From NCBI GenBank assembly GCA_051748565.1, contig JBNJHN010000003.1, forward strand, positions 9,596 to 73,595: DNA of 64,000 bases. Direction: 5' to 3'. Under the pieces are notes generated by a model. That model was not told the DNA's origin and did not search any database. It worked only from the letters and a program-made list of their open reading frames with translations. Shown here piece after piece: positions 1-9,179 of this stretch. This DNA is from Bacillota bacterium (GTDB lineage: Bacteria > Bacillota > Dethiobacteria > DTU022). Positions within the stretch are counted from its first letter, which is position 1; every line of letters starts with the position of its first letter. Both the position numbers and the translations under genes were made by a program.

Positions 1-1809
1 GGTACAGTAATTTTCTTTTATGGTGGATGGGTTTTTATCCAGGGGGCCTGGGAAGAGCTTAAAGCCCTGCTCCCGGGGATGATGACCCTTATTTCGCTGG
101 CGATATCTGTTGCATTCCTTTTTTCTTGGGTTGTGCAGTTGGGGTTGCTTGAAGCAGAGGCACTCTGGTGGGAGCTGGCCACACTGGTCACAATTATGCT
201 TCTTGGCCACTGGATCGAGATGCGCTCAATCGAACAGGCACAGGGTGCATTACAGGAGCTGGCGAAACTGCTTCCCGATTTTGCCACCCGTATTATTAAC
301 GGGAGTGAAGAGAAGGTTGCCGTAAGTGAACTGAAAATTGGCGACATTGTTCTTGTTCGTCCGGGAGAAAGCGTTCCTGTAGATGGAGTGCTGCGGAAGG
401 GTAAAAGTGATATAAATGAGGCGATGGTGACCGGAGAATCAAAGCCGGTGAAAAAGAGAGAAGGGGATGAGGTAATAGCCGGTACTATTAATGGTGAAGG
501 TTCACTCCGTATCGAAGTAACAGGTACCGGTGAGGATACCAAGCTGTCCGGTATAATGCGACTTGTGGCTGATGCGCAGAAGTCAAAATCAAGAGCTCAG
601 AATCTGGCTGATCGTGCCGCTCAGCTGCTTACCGGTGTTGCGATAACTGCCGGCTTAATTACTCTCGTCGCCTGGCAGTTTCTTGGTGCACCTATTGATT
701 TTACGATTATCCGGACTGTAACCGTTCTGGTTATCGCCTGCCCTCATGCCTTGGGTCTGGCCGTACCCCTGGTTGTCGCTATTTCCACGACATTAGGGGC
801 TTTAAGTGGCCTTTTAGTGCGGGATCGACGTGGCCTTGAGGAAGCCCGAAACCTGGACATAGTGATTTTCGATAAAACCGGAACATTGACCCTGGGTGAA
901 TTTCGAGTTGTAGCAATAACTACCAATGGTGAAGTTTCGGAGGAAGAAGCGCTGCGGCTTGCTTCCGGAGTAGAGTCTGAATCCGAGCATCCCATTGCCC
1001 TTGGTATTGTGAATACGGCGAAGGATCGTGATATCAAGATTCCCCCTGCCGAAGAATTCCGTGCACTGACCGGCAAAGGAGTAGCCGCCACAGTAGGTGG
1101 GATTGAATACAAGGTAGGCGGACCTGCACTCCTCAAGGAAGAAGAAGTGGAATTGCCATCTTCACTTCTCAAGGCATCCGAGGCTGTTTCTGAGCGCGGG
1201 CAGGCAGCGATTTACCTGCTCGGTAAGGGTAAAGTGATAGCCTTGTTTGCAGTGGCCGATGCAATCCGTGAGGAGAGCAGTGAGGCCGTTCTTGAACTTC
1301 AGAAGATGGGGATAGAAGTGGTAATGCTTACAGGAGACACACAGGCTGTAGCTGACGCAGTTGCGGGGGAGATTGGAATCGACAAAGTCTTTGCCGAAGT
1401 GCTGCCAGAGGATAAGGCTTCTAAAGTGCAGGATCTTCAGAAACATGGTAAAAAGGTGGCCATGATTGGAGATGGGGTCAACGATGCTCCGGCCCTTGCT
1501 ACTGCTGATATCGGCATTGCCATAGGGGCGGGGACCGACGTAGCTGTGGAAGCCGGGCATATCGTCCTGGTCAGGTCCGATCCACGGGATATCCCCCGGA
1601 TTGTTACCCTATCCAGGGCTACCTATGCAAAGATGCTGCAGAATTTATGGTGGGCGGCAGGCTATAATATTGTTGCCATTCCACTGGCTGCAGGCGCCCT
1701 GGCTGCATGGGGAATTTTACTCACACCGGCATTTGGCGCATTGCTGATGTCGGCCAGCACTGTTATCGTCGCAATAAATGCGCAGCTTTTAAGGCGCCTC
1801 GAGCTATAA
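1..1809 (+). CDS. Heavy-metal translocating P1B-type ATPase, 5'-truncated by the window edge (reading frame is open from position 1)
   Basis: Translation shows the P-type ATPase motifs DKTGTLT (phosphorylation site) and GDGVNDAPAL, plus the transmembrane metal-binding motif CPH (IACPHALG). CPH rather than CPC is typical of CopB-like P1B-3 pumps. The frame continues upstream of base 1. Confidence 0.85.
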   Translation, partial: GTVIFFYGGWVFIQGAWEELKALLPGMMTLISLAISVAFLFSWVVQLGLLEAEALWWELATLVTIMLLGHWIEMRSIEQAQGALQELAKLLPDFATRIINGSEEKVAVSELKIGDIVLVRPGESVPVDGVLRKGKSDINEAMVTGESKPVKKREGDEVIAGTINGEGSLRIEVTGTGEDTKLSGIMRLVADAQKSKSRAQNLADRAAQLLTGVAITAGLITLVAWQFLGAPIDFTIIRTVTVLVIACPHALGLAVPLVVAISTTLGALSGLLVRDRRGLEEARNLDIVIFDKTGTLTLGEFRVVAITTNGEVSEEEALRLASGVESESEHPIALGIVNTAKDRDIKIPPAEEFRALTGKGVAATVGGIEYKVGGPALLKEEEVELPSSLLKASEAVSERGQAAIYLLGKGKVIALFAVADAIREESSEAVLELQKMGIEVVMLTGDTQAVADAVAGEIGIDKVFAEVLPEDKASKVQDLQKHGKKVAMIGDGVNDAPALATADIGIAIGAGTDVAVEAGHIVLVRSDPRDIPRIVTLSRATYAKMLQNLWWAAGYNIVAIPLAAGALAAWGILLTPAFGALLMSASTVIVAINAQLLRRLEL

Positions 1810-2106
1810 TAATCTTACAGGCTTTAAAGGTAACCTTTCATACAGGGTATAAGGTCATCGAAAGTGGGAGTTGGCGGAGGAGATATAAAAAAGCAAGAAA
1901 GGTTTCGGTAACTGCCGGCAGCAGGTTATTGGCGTTTTAGGTAGAAATTAATATTTTTGTAATGGCAATTAGGTAATAAAATGCCTCTTTCCGGTATGTC
2001 AAAATACGTTGCTTTTTTCACAACTTGATGATAGCATAACATTGAGAAATTTTTATCAATCACCCGAAATCCTGGATTGTATTATCTGCAATGAAGCCTG
2101 ATGTTT

Positions 2107-2139
2107 CCGAAACTTTTTTATTATATATGAAAAGTTCGG
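2107..2139. promoter_or_regulatory. Imperfect inverted repeat CCGAAACTTTT-N12-AAAAGTTCGG in the promoter region of the thiolase operon (candidate operator)
   Basis: Seen directly: ccgaaactttt ... aaaagttcgg, with one base of asymmetry. It lies 60-90 bp upstream of the 2198 start codon in an AT-rich leader. Confidence 0.25.
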
Positions 2140-2197
2140 TAAAATTTAAAATAATCTATGATAGGAGGGAATACCCCTATTTCAGGGGGGTAAGAAC

Positions 2198-3379
2198 ATG
2201 AGCAAACCAGTTGTAGTAAGTGCAGTTAGAACAATTGCAGGCAGTTATGGTGGAAGTTTAAGTAGCTTCAGTGCTCCCCAGTTGGGAGCGAAAGTAATCG
2301 AAGAGGTAGTTAAGAGAGCAGGTATTTCAGGTGAGGAAGTTGATGAATTGGTATTTGGCTGCGGTTGGCAAGCCGGAATAGGTCCCAATGTGGCTCGTTA
2401 TTCTTCAGTACTAGCCGGCTTGCCGGTGGAGGTGCCCGCTTATACGATTAACATACGTTGTGCTTCCAGTTTGCAGGCCACTATCCAGGGGGCTAAATCT
2501 ATCCTCCTCGGTGATGCGGATACGGTAGTGGTCGGTGGCACAGAATCTGCTTCCAATGTACCCTACATCCTTGATAAGGCTCGCTGGGGGGCACGGATGG
2601 GTGATATGATTGCTTACGACGGACTGCACAAGGATGGCTTCATGTGTCCTATGGCCGGAATGCTGATGGGTGGTACTGCGGAACTATTGGCCGAAAAATA
2701 CGATATAGATCGTGTAGAGCAGGACAGTTTTGCCCTGGAAAGTCACCAGAAAGCAGTTAAAGCATCGGAAGAAGGTAAATTCAAAGATGAAATTTTACCG
2801 GTGCAGGTGGTACAGAAAAAACAGACATTGACGGTTGATCAGGAAGAAATCCCGAGGGCCGATGCTTCCATAGAAAGAATGGCTAAACTGCCTCCGGTCT
2901 TTAAAAAGGAAGGAACTGTAACAGCCGGTAACAGCTGTGCTCTTTCCGATAATGCCTCAGCCCTGTTAATCATGTCTGAAGAAAAAGCAAAATCCCTGGG
3001 ACTTACACCTCTGGCTGCAATACGAGGTTATGCCGCAGGGGGAGTTGATCCTAAATACATGGGTATTGGACCCGTAAAAGCTATCCCCATGGCATTGGAA
3101 AAAGCCGGAGTGAACCTGGATGATATCGATTTAATAGAACTGAACGAAGCTTTTGCAGTTCAATACCTGGCTGTGGAAAGAGAAATGAAGTGGAACCGCG
3201 ATAAGGTTAATGTTTACGGTGGAGCTATCGCCCTCGGTCATCCCGTAGGCGCAACCGGTACCAAGCTTATAACCACCCTGCTTTATGCATTGAAAGCACA
3301 TGACAAGGATTTAGGTCTGGTCAGCGCGTGTGTTGGCGGAGGCCAGGGGGTAGCCTTAATCTTTGAAAGATTAAGTTAA
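2198..3379 (+). CDS. Acetyl-CoA C-acetyltransferase (thiolase II family)
   Basis: 393 aa. The Cys-containing N-terminal thiolase region and the C-terminal GHPVGATG / CVGGGQG signatures are present. An RBS-like GGGGGG stretch precedes the ATG. Confidence 0.9.
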   Translation: MSKPVVVSAVRTIAGSYGGSLSSFSAPQLGAKVIEEVVKRAGISGEEVDELVFGCGWQAGIGPNVARYSSVLAGLPVEVPAYTINIRCASSLQATIQGAKSILLGDADTVVVGGTESASNVPYILDKARWGARMGDMIAYDGLHKDGFMCPMAGMLMGGTAELLAEKYDIDRVEQDSFALESHQKAVKASEEGKFKDEILPVQVVQKKQTLTVDQEEIPRADASIERMAKLPPVFKKEGTVTAGNSCALSDNASALLIMSEEKAKSLGLTPLAAIRGYAAGGVDPKYMGIGPVKAIPMALEKAGVNLDDIDLIELNEAFAVQYLAVEREMKWNRDKVNVYGGAIALGHPVGATGTKLITTLLYALKAHDKDLGLVSACVGGGQGVALIFERLS

Positions 3380-3409
3380 AATTACTACTTAAAACGGGAG
3401 GCTTAATTA

Positions 3410-4297
3410 TTGATGGAAGTAAAGAAATGTTTTATTTTAGGCGCCGGGATTATGGGTACGGGAATAGCTCAACTAATGGCTCAAAAAGGTATTGAAGCTA
3501 TCCTGGTAGATTTAGATGAAGCAATTGCCAAGCGCAGCTTGGCTAATATTGAAAAAGGGCTCCAAAAAAGAGTTGAGAAGGGAAAGATGAGTGAAGAAGA
3601 GGTAAAAGATATTCTTGGGCTCATCAAAATTTCCACGAAAATGGAAGATGCTGCGGACGCTGATTTCATAATTGAAGCAATTGTCGAAAATGTTGAAGTC
3701 AAGCAGAAGGTTTTTGGAGAGCTCGAAAAAATAGCAAGGGAAGATGTAATCCTGGCAACAAATACCACTGCCTGTTCAATTTCTGAAATAGCATCAGCTG
3801 TTTCAAACCCAGGCAGGGTTGTGGGAATGCATTTCTTTAACCCGGCGGTGGTCATGAAACTGGTCGAAATAATGCCTGCTGTATCAACTGATGCTGAAGT
3901 GGTCAATAAAACAAGGGAATTAGCTGAATTTCTCGGCAAAGAACCTGTAGTTACCGCCAAAGAAGGCATCGCCGGAATAGCCAGCCGTGTTCTGGCGGCG
4001 TTGCTTAACGAAGCTGTCTGGGTTCTCGATGAAGGAATCGGGACTGTGAGCGATATTGATAAAGCCATGCAGATGGGAGCCAATCAGCCTATGGGGCCGC
4101 TGACATTAATTGATCTGATTGGCATTGATACTCACCTGGCGAAAACCAGAACTCTTTATGAAAAATTCGGTGATCCGCGTTATCGTCCCTGTTACCTGCT
4201 GGAGAAAATGGTCAATGCCGGATACCTGGGCCGTAAAACTAAAAAAGGATTTTACGATTACGAGCAGGATCCCCCTGTTCCGATGCAGCTAAAATAA
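3410..4297 (+). CDS. hbd: 3-hydroxybutyryl-CoA dehydrogenase
   Basis: Rossmann motif GAGIMGTGIAQ at the N-terminus and 3HCDH N- and C-domain architecture. Sits in an operon with thiolase, ACAD and crotonase. Confidence 0.9.
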   Translation: MMEVKKCFILGAGIMGTGIAQLMAQKGIEAILVDLDEAIAKRSLANIEKGLQKRVEKGKMSEEEVKDILGLIKISTKMEDAADADFIIEAIVENVEVKQKVFGELEKIAREDVILATNTTACSISEIASAVSNPGRVVGMHFFNPAVVMKLVEIMPAVSTDAEVVNKTRELAEFLGKEPVVTAKEGIAGIASRVLAALLNEAVWVLDEGIGTVSDIDKAMQMGANQPMGPLTLIDLIGIDTHLAKTRTLYEKFGDPRYRPCYLLEKMVNAGYLGRKTKKGFYDYEQDPPVPMQLK

Positions 4298-4331
4298 AAC
4301 AAGTAAGGCCAATAAAAAGGAGGTGTTGTTC

Positions 4332-5486
4332 TTGGATTTTGATCATACTCCAGAACAAGAAAGCGTTAGGAAAATGGTTTGTGAATTTGTTTCTAAAGAA
4401 ATTACCCCCTACGCCGGAGAATGGGACAAGGAAGAAAAGTTTCCCTGGGACGTTTGGAAGAAAATGGGCGAAACCGGTATTATCGGAACGGTTATACCCG
4501 AAGAATATGAAGGCAGCGGGATGGATAATATAACCCATGCAATTGTTGCCGAAGAACTGGGTTACGGCTGCACCTCTATGAGAGGAACTTATTCAGTCCA
4601 GATTTCTCTCGTAGCCAAAACCATCCTAACCTTTGGCACTGAAGAACAGAAACAAAAATACCTACCCGGTATGGCCATGGGTGAAATTATCGGCTGCTAT
4701 GGCCTTACTGAACCTGACTCAGGCAGCGATGCAGCCAGCCTTTCATCCACAGCGGAAGAAGACGGTGACTACTACATCCTCAACGGTAATAAGATGTGGA
4801 TTACCAACGCCGGAATTGCCGATGTAGCCATGGTTTTTGCCAAGACAGACAAAAGCGCCGGCGCCAGGGGAATAACTGCTTTTCTTGTAGAAAAAGACAC
4901 TCCCGGCTATTCAACTGAAAAAATTCATGACAAGTTGGGATTGCGGGCTTCCGATACATCGGAGATAATTCTCGACAATGTCAGAGTCCATAAAGATGCA
5001 ATCCTTGGCGAAAAAGGGAAAGGTTTTAAAGTGGCCCTTTCAGCCCTTGACAATGCCCGCTTTACAGTAGCGGCAGGTTGTGTGGGGGCTGCCCAGTCAG
5101 CGCTGGATACGGCAAAGCAGTATGCTAAAGACAGGGTTCAGTTTGGAAAGCCGATTGCCGGTCATCAGCTGGTTCAGCAATTAATCTCCAATATGGTTTT
5201 AGACATTGAATGCGGCCGGTTGTTAGTTTACCGGGCAGGACACCTGAAAAATAAAAAAGTTCCCAATACCCGAGAGACTTCGCTGGCCAAATACTTCTGC
5301 ACCGAAATGGTTAACCGGGTGGCCTATAATGCCATTCAGGTTTTAGGTGGTTACGGTTTTTCCGGGGAATATCCCCTGGAAAGGATTTACCGTGATGCGC
5401 GGGTTAATACCCTTTATGAGGGAACATCCCAAATTCAACAGCTTATCCTGGGCAATATCGAGCTGGGTATACCTGCTTTTACTTAG
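4332..5486 (+). CDS. Acyl-CoA dehydrogenase (short-chain/glutaryl-CoA dehydrogenase-like)
   Basis: ACAD family, about 385 aa, with a C-terminal YEGTSQIQ motif. AAGGAGG is followed by a TTG at 4332 that gives the typical M-D-F-x-x-T-x-E-Q N-terminus. The ORF track lists a GTG at 4323 that is too close to the RBS. Confidence 0.8.
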   Translation: MDFDHTPEQESVRKMVCEFVSKEITPYAGEWDKEEKFPWDVWKKMGETGIIGTVIPEEYEGSGMDNITHAIVAEELGYGCTSMRGTYSVQISLVAKTILTFGTEEQKQKYLPGMAMGEIIGCYGLTEPDSGSDAASLSSTAEEDGDYYILNGNKMWITNAGIADVAMVFAKTDKSAGARGITAFLVEKDTPGYSTEKIHDKLGLRASDTSEIILDNVRVHKDAILGEKGKGFKVALSALDNARFTVAAGCVGAAQSALDTAKQYAKDRVQFGKPIAGHQLVQQLISNMVLDIECGRLLVYRAGHLKNKKVPNTRETSLAKYFCTEMVNRVAYNAIQVLGGYGFSGEYPLERIYRDARVNTLYEGTSQIQQLILGNIELGIPAFT

Positions 5487-5559
5487 ATCTGCATTTTTTA
5501 ATAATTTAAGGGAAAGAAGTCAGTTTTCTTCTTTCTCTTATATATGGAGAGAGGTAAAC

Positions 5560-6339
5560 ATGTTTAATCTATTAAAATTCGTTAAAGAAACCCCGCTGGC
5601 TATTATTACCATAAATCGTCCGGAAGTCAGAAATGCACTATCAAATGCCCTGGTGGAAGAACTGGCGGAAGCTTTTTCCCAGGTTAAAAATGATCCGGAA
5701 ATAAGAACACTGATCATAACCGGAGAAGGGGATAAAGCTTTTATGGCCGGGGCGGATATCAAGGAACTTGAAGAAAGGGATTTTATTAAAGGCCGGGAGC
5801 AGACCAGGCGCCGCCAGGAAGTATTTAATATGCTCTGGGAGATGCCGATTCCTGTAATAGCGGCCATAAATGGTTATGCTTTGGGAGCAGGTTTAGAGTT
5901 GGCCATAGCCTGCACTTTACGTCTGGCTTCTTCGAACGCCCAGATGGGTTCACCGGAAATTAACCTGGGAATCATTCCAGGCGATGGCGGCACTCAGCGC
6001 CTGCCGCGTTTGGTTGGTTTCGGAAGAGCCATGGAAATGGCCTTAACAGGTGGCATGATTGATGCTGAAGAAGCATATCGTATCGGACTGGTTAATAAAC
6101 TGGTTGAACCGGAAAACCTGATGGAAGAAGCAAAGAAATACGCACATAAGCTTGCTGCGAAGTCACCGCTTGCTGTCCAGTACGCAAAAGAGGCAGTTAA
6201 TCGTTCCCTGGAGATGGGACTCTATGAAGGCCTTGCCCATGAATCCTATCTTCATGCACTGGCTTGTGCCACGGAGGATAAGAAAGAAGGCGTGAAGGCT
6301 TTTCTGGAAAAAAGAAAGCCCGAGTACCAGGGGAAATAA
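5560..6339 (+). CDS. Enoyl-CoA hydratase (crotonase family; 3-hydroxybutyryl-CoA dehydratase-like)
   Basis: 259 aa from the ATG at 5560, preceded by GGAGAGAGG. Crotonase fold with AAINGYALGAGLELA and FMAGADIKEL. The longer 5347 ORF overlaps the ACAD 3' end and is rejected. Confidence 0.85.
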   Translation: MFNLLKFVKETPLAIITINRPEVRNALSNALVEELAEAFSQVKNDPEIRTLIITGEGDKAFMAGADIKELEERDFIKGREQTRRRQEVFNMLWEMPIPVIAAINGYALGAGLELAIACTLRLASSNAQMGSPEINLGIIPGDGGTQRLPRLVGFGRAMEMALTGGMIDAEEAYRIGLVNKLVEPENLMEEAKKYAHKLAAKSPLAVQYAKEAVNRSLEMGLYEGLAHESYLHALACATEDKKEGVKAFLEKRKPEYQGK

Positions 6340-6362
6340 TAGCATCGGTTTGATAACTGCAA

Positions 6363-6410
6363 AAGGGTCCGGCCGATAGCGGAATTCCGCTTCGGTTTGG
6401 CCCTTTTTTA
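6363..6410 (+). terminator. Rho-independent terminator candidate after the beta-oxidation operon
   Basis: Extended imperfect GC-rich hairpin (gggtccggccgatagcggaa / ttccgcttcggtttggccc) followed by TTTTTT. Confidence 0.45.
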
Positions 6411-6476
6411 CTTTGATAAATTTCATTTTCATCTGCATAGCTAATCCATTACTTTCCCTTCCTATTATTACCATAA

Positions 6477-6590
6477 TTGAAGGTGGATTCATTCTAAAGG
6501 ACTAATCCATAATTTACTCTTTTTTCACCTTGCTTCCATGCTTTTTAGCGATTCTATTATTATAAATATCCTGTAAACTGGTAAAGTAGA
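6477..6590 (+). repeat. Divergent copy (C) of the conserved ~100-nt intergenic element, 64 bp upstream of bamB
   Basis: gaaggtgg ... tttactcttttttcaccttgcttccatgctttttagcgattctattatt ... gtaaagta aligns to the copies at 28917 and 45853. A ~26-nt insertion follows the first block. Confidence 0.4.
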
Positions 6591-6653
6591 AGTAGTTTAT
6601 AAGTCGCTGGGAATGATTTTACAAAGGAAAACATACCTAAGAGGTGTTGAAAA

Positions 6654-8633
6654 ATGAGATATGCTGAAACAGGGTATAATTTGGAAATTAACTTATCGAC
6701 TGGAAACATTGAGAAGGTGGAAACCGATCCGGAATTAACAAAAATGCATCTGGGCGGCCTGGGAACCAATGCCAGGTTGTTATGGGATCGGGTCCCCCCC
6801 GAAGCTGAACCTTTTTCTCCGGATAATCTTTTAATTTTTGGGACAGGCCTCTTGTGCGGCACCCCTGCTATAGGAGCCAACCGGACTATAATTAGCACTT
6901 ACTCTCCTCAGACTTTATTTATGGCTTTTTCCATGATGGGAGGATTCTTTGCCCCGGAATTAAAATATGCCGGCTATGATAAAGTAATCTTTAGCGGTAA
7001 GTCGCCGAATCTTGTTTACATATGGATTAATAATGACAAAGTAGAAATACGTGATGCTTCTCATTTGCAGGGCAAAGGGGCGGTTCAAACCGAAAAGCTT
7101 ATTCGAGAGGAGCTGCAGGAACCCAATGCCCAGGTAGCCGCTATCGGCCTGGCCGGTGAAAACAGGGTCTATATGGCCTCCATTGAGCACGGACGATCCA
7201 GCGCCAGCAGACTGGGTCTGGGTGCCGTGATGGGTGACAAGGGGATAAAAGCAATAGCTGTACGTGGAACTAACGATGTCAATGTAGCCCGACCGGTTGA
7301 TTTAATTAATTTTTGTACAGATATTCTGAATTATATTCCGGAAAGAGATGGCAATCCGATTCCCGGAGTGATGCCTATCTTAGCCGGGCTTGGTTCGCCG
7401 AAAGAGATGTTAATTCATGATGAAAAGTGGCATACTGAGAATTTCATGTGGGGTAATGCCAGAACACGGATAAAAGATTACTGGACCAAGGATATTGAAG
7501 ATAAGTGGAAAGAATCGCAGGAGAGTGCGCGAAAGCGTCTGATAAGCTGTTATAACTGCCCGATGGAATGCGGAGCCATAATTTCTATTCCCGGTATATC
7601 AACTTACATGATGAAATGTTTCTCGAAGCTCACCTACACCATGGCAGCATACTCAGACCTTGATTTCGGTTTTAGAATAGCGCAGCGTGCCACAGAATAC
7701 GGTGTCGATGGATTTTCTATGCCACAGGTTATGGCCTTTGCCCTCGAGCTTTATGAGGCCGGCATCCTTACAGATGATGACTTTCCGGGTATGCCTTCCG
7801 ATAATGAGGAAAGATTTTTCTGGTTGCTGGACAGGATTGTCCGGCGGGAAGGGATTGGTGATATTCTGGCCGATGGTGTTTACTGGGCAGCCCGCCGGAT
7901 TGGTAAGGGAGCGGAGGAATATGATCATAATACTATTAAAAAGCATGAGCAGTTACCGCTCAAGCTATCAATGCTGAATCCGATTTATTTCCTGATGTGG
8001 GCCACCGGCGAAAAGATTAATATTACCCAGATTGAAGGGAATTTCCCCCAGGCACCTTTTCCCACCCGTGAGGAGCGGGAAGAGTTTGTTAAGGATTGGG
8101 TTCATGTTCCTGATGAGAAGTTCAAGAAATACTTTTTAGATTGGGAACTGCGCGGGGAAAATTCATTTCCTTATTACCCTCCCGTTGATGCTACCTGTGA
8201 AATTGTTGATTGGCAGGAGACCATGCATTATATTGATGATTCCCTCGGATTATGTGCCGGTTTATCATCGTTTCCCCTAAAGCCTCCCTATCATATCCAT
8301 AACCTGCCGATCCTGATTTCGAAAGCAGCCGGAATTGATATGGATAAAGATAAACTGTGGGAAATTGCCAAGAGGAATCGGACTTTATTGAGAGCGATTA
8401 ATGTAAGAAGAGGTTTAAGAAGGGAAGATGACCGTCCTCCTGAGAATCATTGGAAGAAGAGATTCCCCGAACTCGAAGTTCAGCTCTTGGATCAATATTA
8501 CAAACTTAAAGGTTTCAATAACGATGGTGTTCCAACCAGGGAATCCTTACTTGAATTGGGTATGGATTACGTTGGCGAAGACCTGGAGAAGAGAGGGATT
8601 TATGACAATGGCGAAAGTAAAAAAGAAAGTTAA
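6654..8633 (+). CDS. bamB: Tungsten-containing aldehyde:ferredoxin oxidoreductase-family protein; BamB-like active-site subunit of class II benzoyl-CoA reductase
   Basis: 659 aa, AOR N-terminal and catalytic domains. It is the first gene of an AOR / ferredoxin / HdrD / HdrA / MvhD / NuoE / NuoF / NuoG-like cluster. Confidence 0.85.
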   Translation: MRYAETGYNLEINLSTGNIEKVETDPELTKMHLGGLGTNARLLWDRVPPEAEPFSPDNLLIFGTGLLCGTPAIGANRTIISTYSPQTLFMAFSMMGGFFAPELKYAGYDKVIFSGKSPNLVYIWINNDKVEIRDASHLQGKGAVQTEKLIREELQEPNAQVAAIGLAGENRVYMASIEHGRSSASRLGLGAVMGDKGIKAIAVRGTNDVNVARPVDLINFCTDILNYIPERDGNPIPGVMPILAGLGSPKEMLIHDEKWHTENFMWGNARTRIKDYWTKDIEDKWKESQESARKRLISCYNCPMECGAIISIPGISTYMMKCFSKLTYTMAAYSDLDFGFRIAQRATEYGVDGFSMPQVMAFALELYEAGILTDDDFPGMPSDNEERFFWLLDRIVRREGIGDILADGVYWAARRIGKGAEEYDHNTIKKHEQLPLKLSMLNPIYFLMWATGEKINITQIEGNFPQAPFPTREEREEFVKDWVHVPDEKFKKYFLDWELRGENSFPYYPPVDATCEIVDWQETMHYIDDSLGLCAGLSSFPLKPPYHIHNLPILISKAAGIDMDKDKLWEIAKRNRTLLRAINVRRGLRREDDRPPENHWKKRFPELEVQLLDQYYKLKGFNNDGVPTRESLLELGMDYVGEDLEKRGIYDNGESKKES

Positions 8634-9147
8634 GGTAATCAAAATCGACACTGATAAATGTAACGGCTGCAGGTCGTGCGAGGTAATTTGCTCGGCGTTT
8701 CACGCTACCGATAAATATAGTATTATCAATCCCTCCAGGGCCCGAATCCGTCTGATTCGCGATCCACTGCGTGATGTTTACCTTCCTGTATATGCAGGTG
8801 AATATACGCCGGCTGAATGTATGGGCAGAGACAAATATGTTGTCGATGGAAAAGAATATGAAGAATGTGCTTTCTGCAGGGCTTCCTGTCCCTCCAGGGA
8901 TGTTTTCAAAGAGCCTGACTCGGGTCTTCCGCTTAAATGCGACATGTGTGAAGACGATCCGGAACAGGAGGAGCCTCTCTGTGTTAAATGGTGTTTGTCT
9001 GATGCCCTGACATATGAGGAGAGAGAGGAAGAAGTTGAAGAAGAAGTGCTGCTGGACGAGATGGAAACAGGTTTAAAATCACTGGTGGATAAATACGGTT
9101 TAAATAATCTTATTGACAGCATTGCCCGAATGTCACAAAAAGACTAA
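8602..9147 (+). CDS. bamC: 4Fe-4S ferredoxin-domain protein, BamC-like
   Basis: Cys clusters CNGCRSCEVIC, CAFCRASCP and CDMC..C, with an acidic C-terminus. The ATG at 8602 overlaps the bamB stop and follows GAGAGGGA. The exact start is uncertain (8602 or 8608). Confidence 0.7.
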   Translation: MTMAKVKKKVKVIKIDTDKCNGCRSCEVICSAFHATDKYSIINPSRARIRLIRDPLRDVYLPVYAGEYTPAECMGRDKYVVDGKEYEECAFCRASCPSRDVFKEPDSGLPLKCDMCEDDPEQEEPLCVKWCLSDALTYEEREEEVEEEVLLDEMETGLKSLVDKYGLNNLIDSIARMSQKD

Positions 9148-9179
9148 AAGATTATGATAAAGGTGGGGATTATAAAATC

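Noticed and set aside
3481-4083. 200-aa antisense ORF inside hbd
   Set aside because: A shadow ORF opposite a well-supported gene, with no RBS.
5347-5559. Upstream extension of the crotonase ORF
   Set aside because: It overlaps the 3' end of the ACAD gene in another frame. The ATG at 5560 has an RBS and gives a canonical crotonase N-terminus.
6413-6653. Possible sigma-54 (-24/-12) promoter upstream of bamB
   Set aside because: I looked for TGGCAC-N5-TTGC spacing and found no acceptable match. The same is true upstream of the oah unit.
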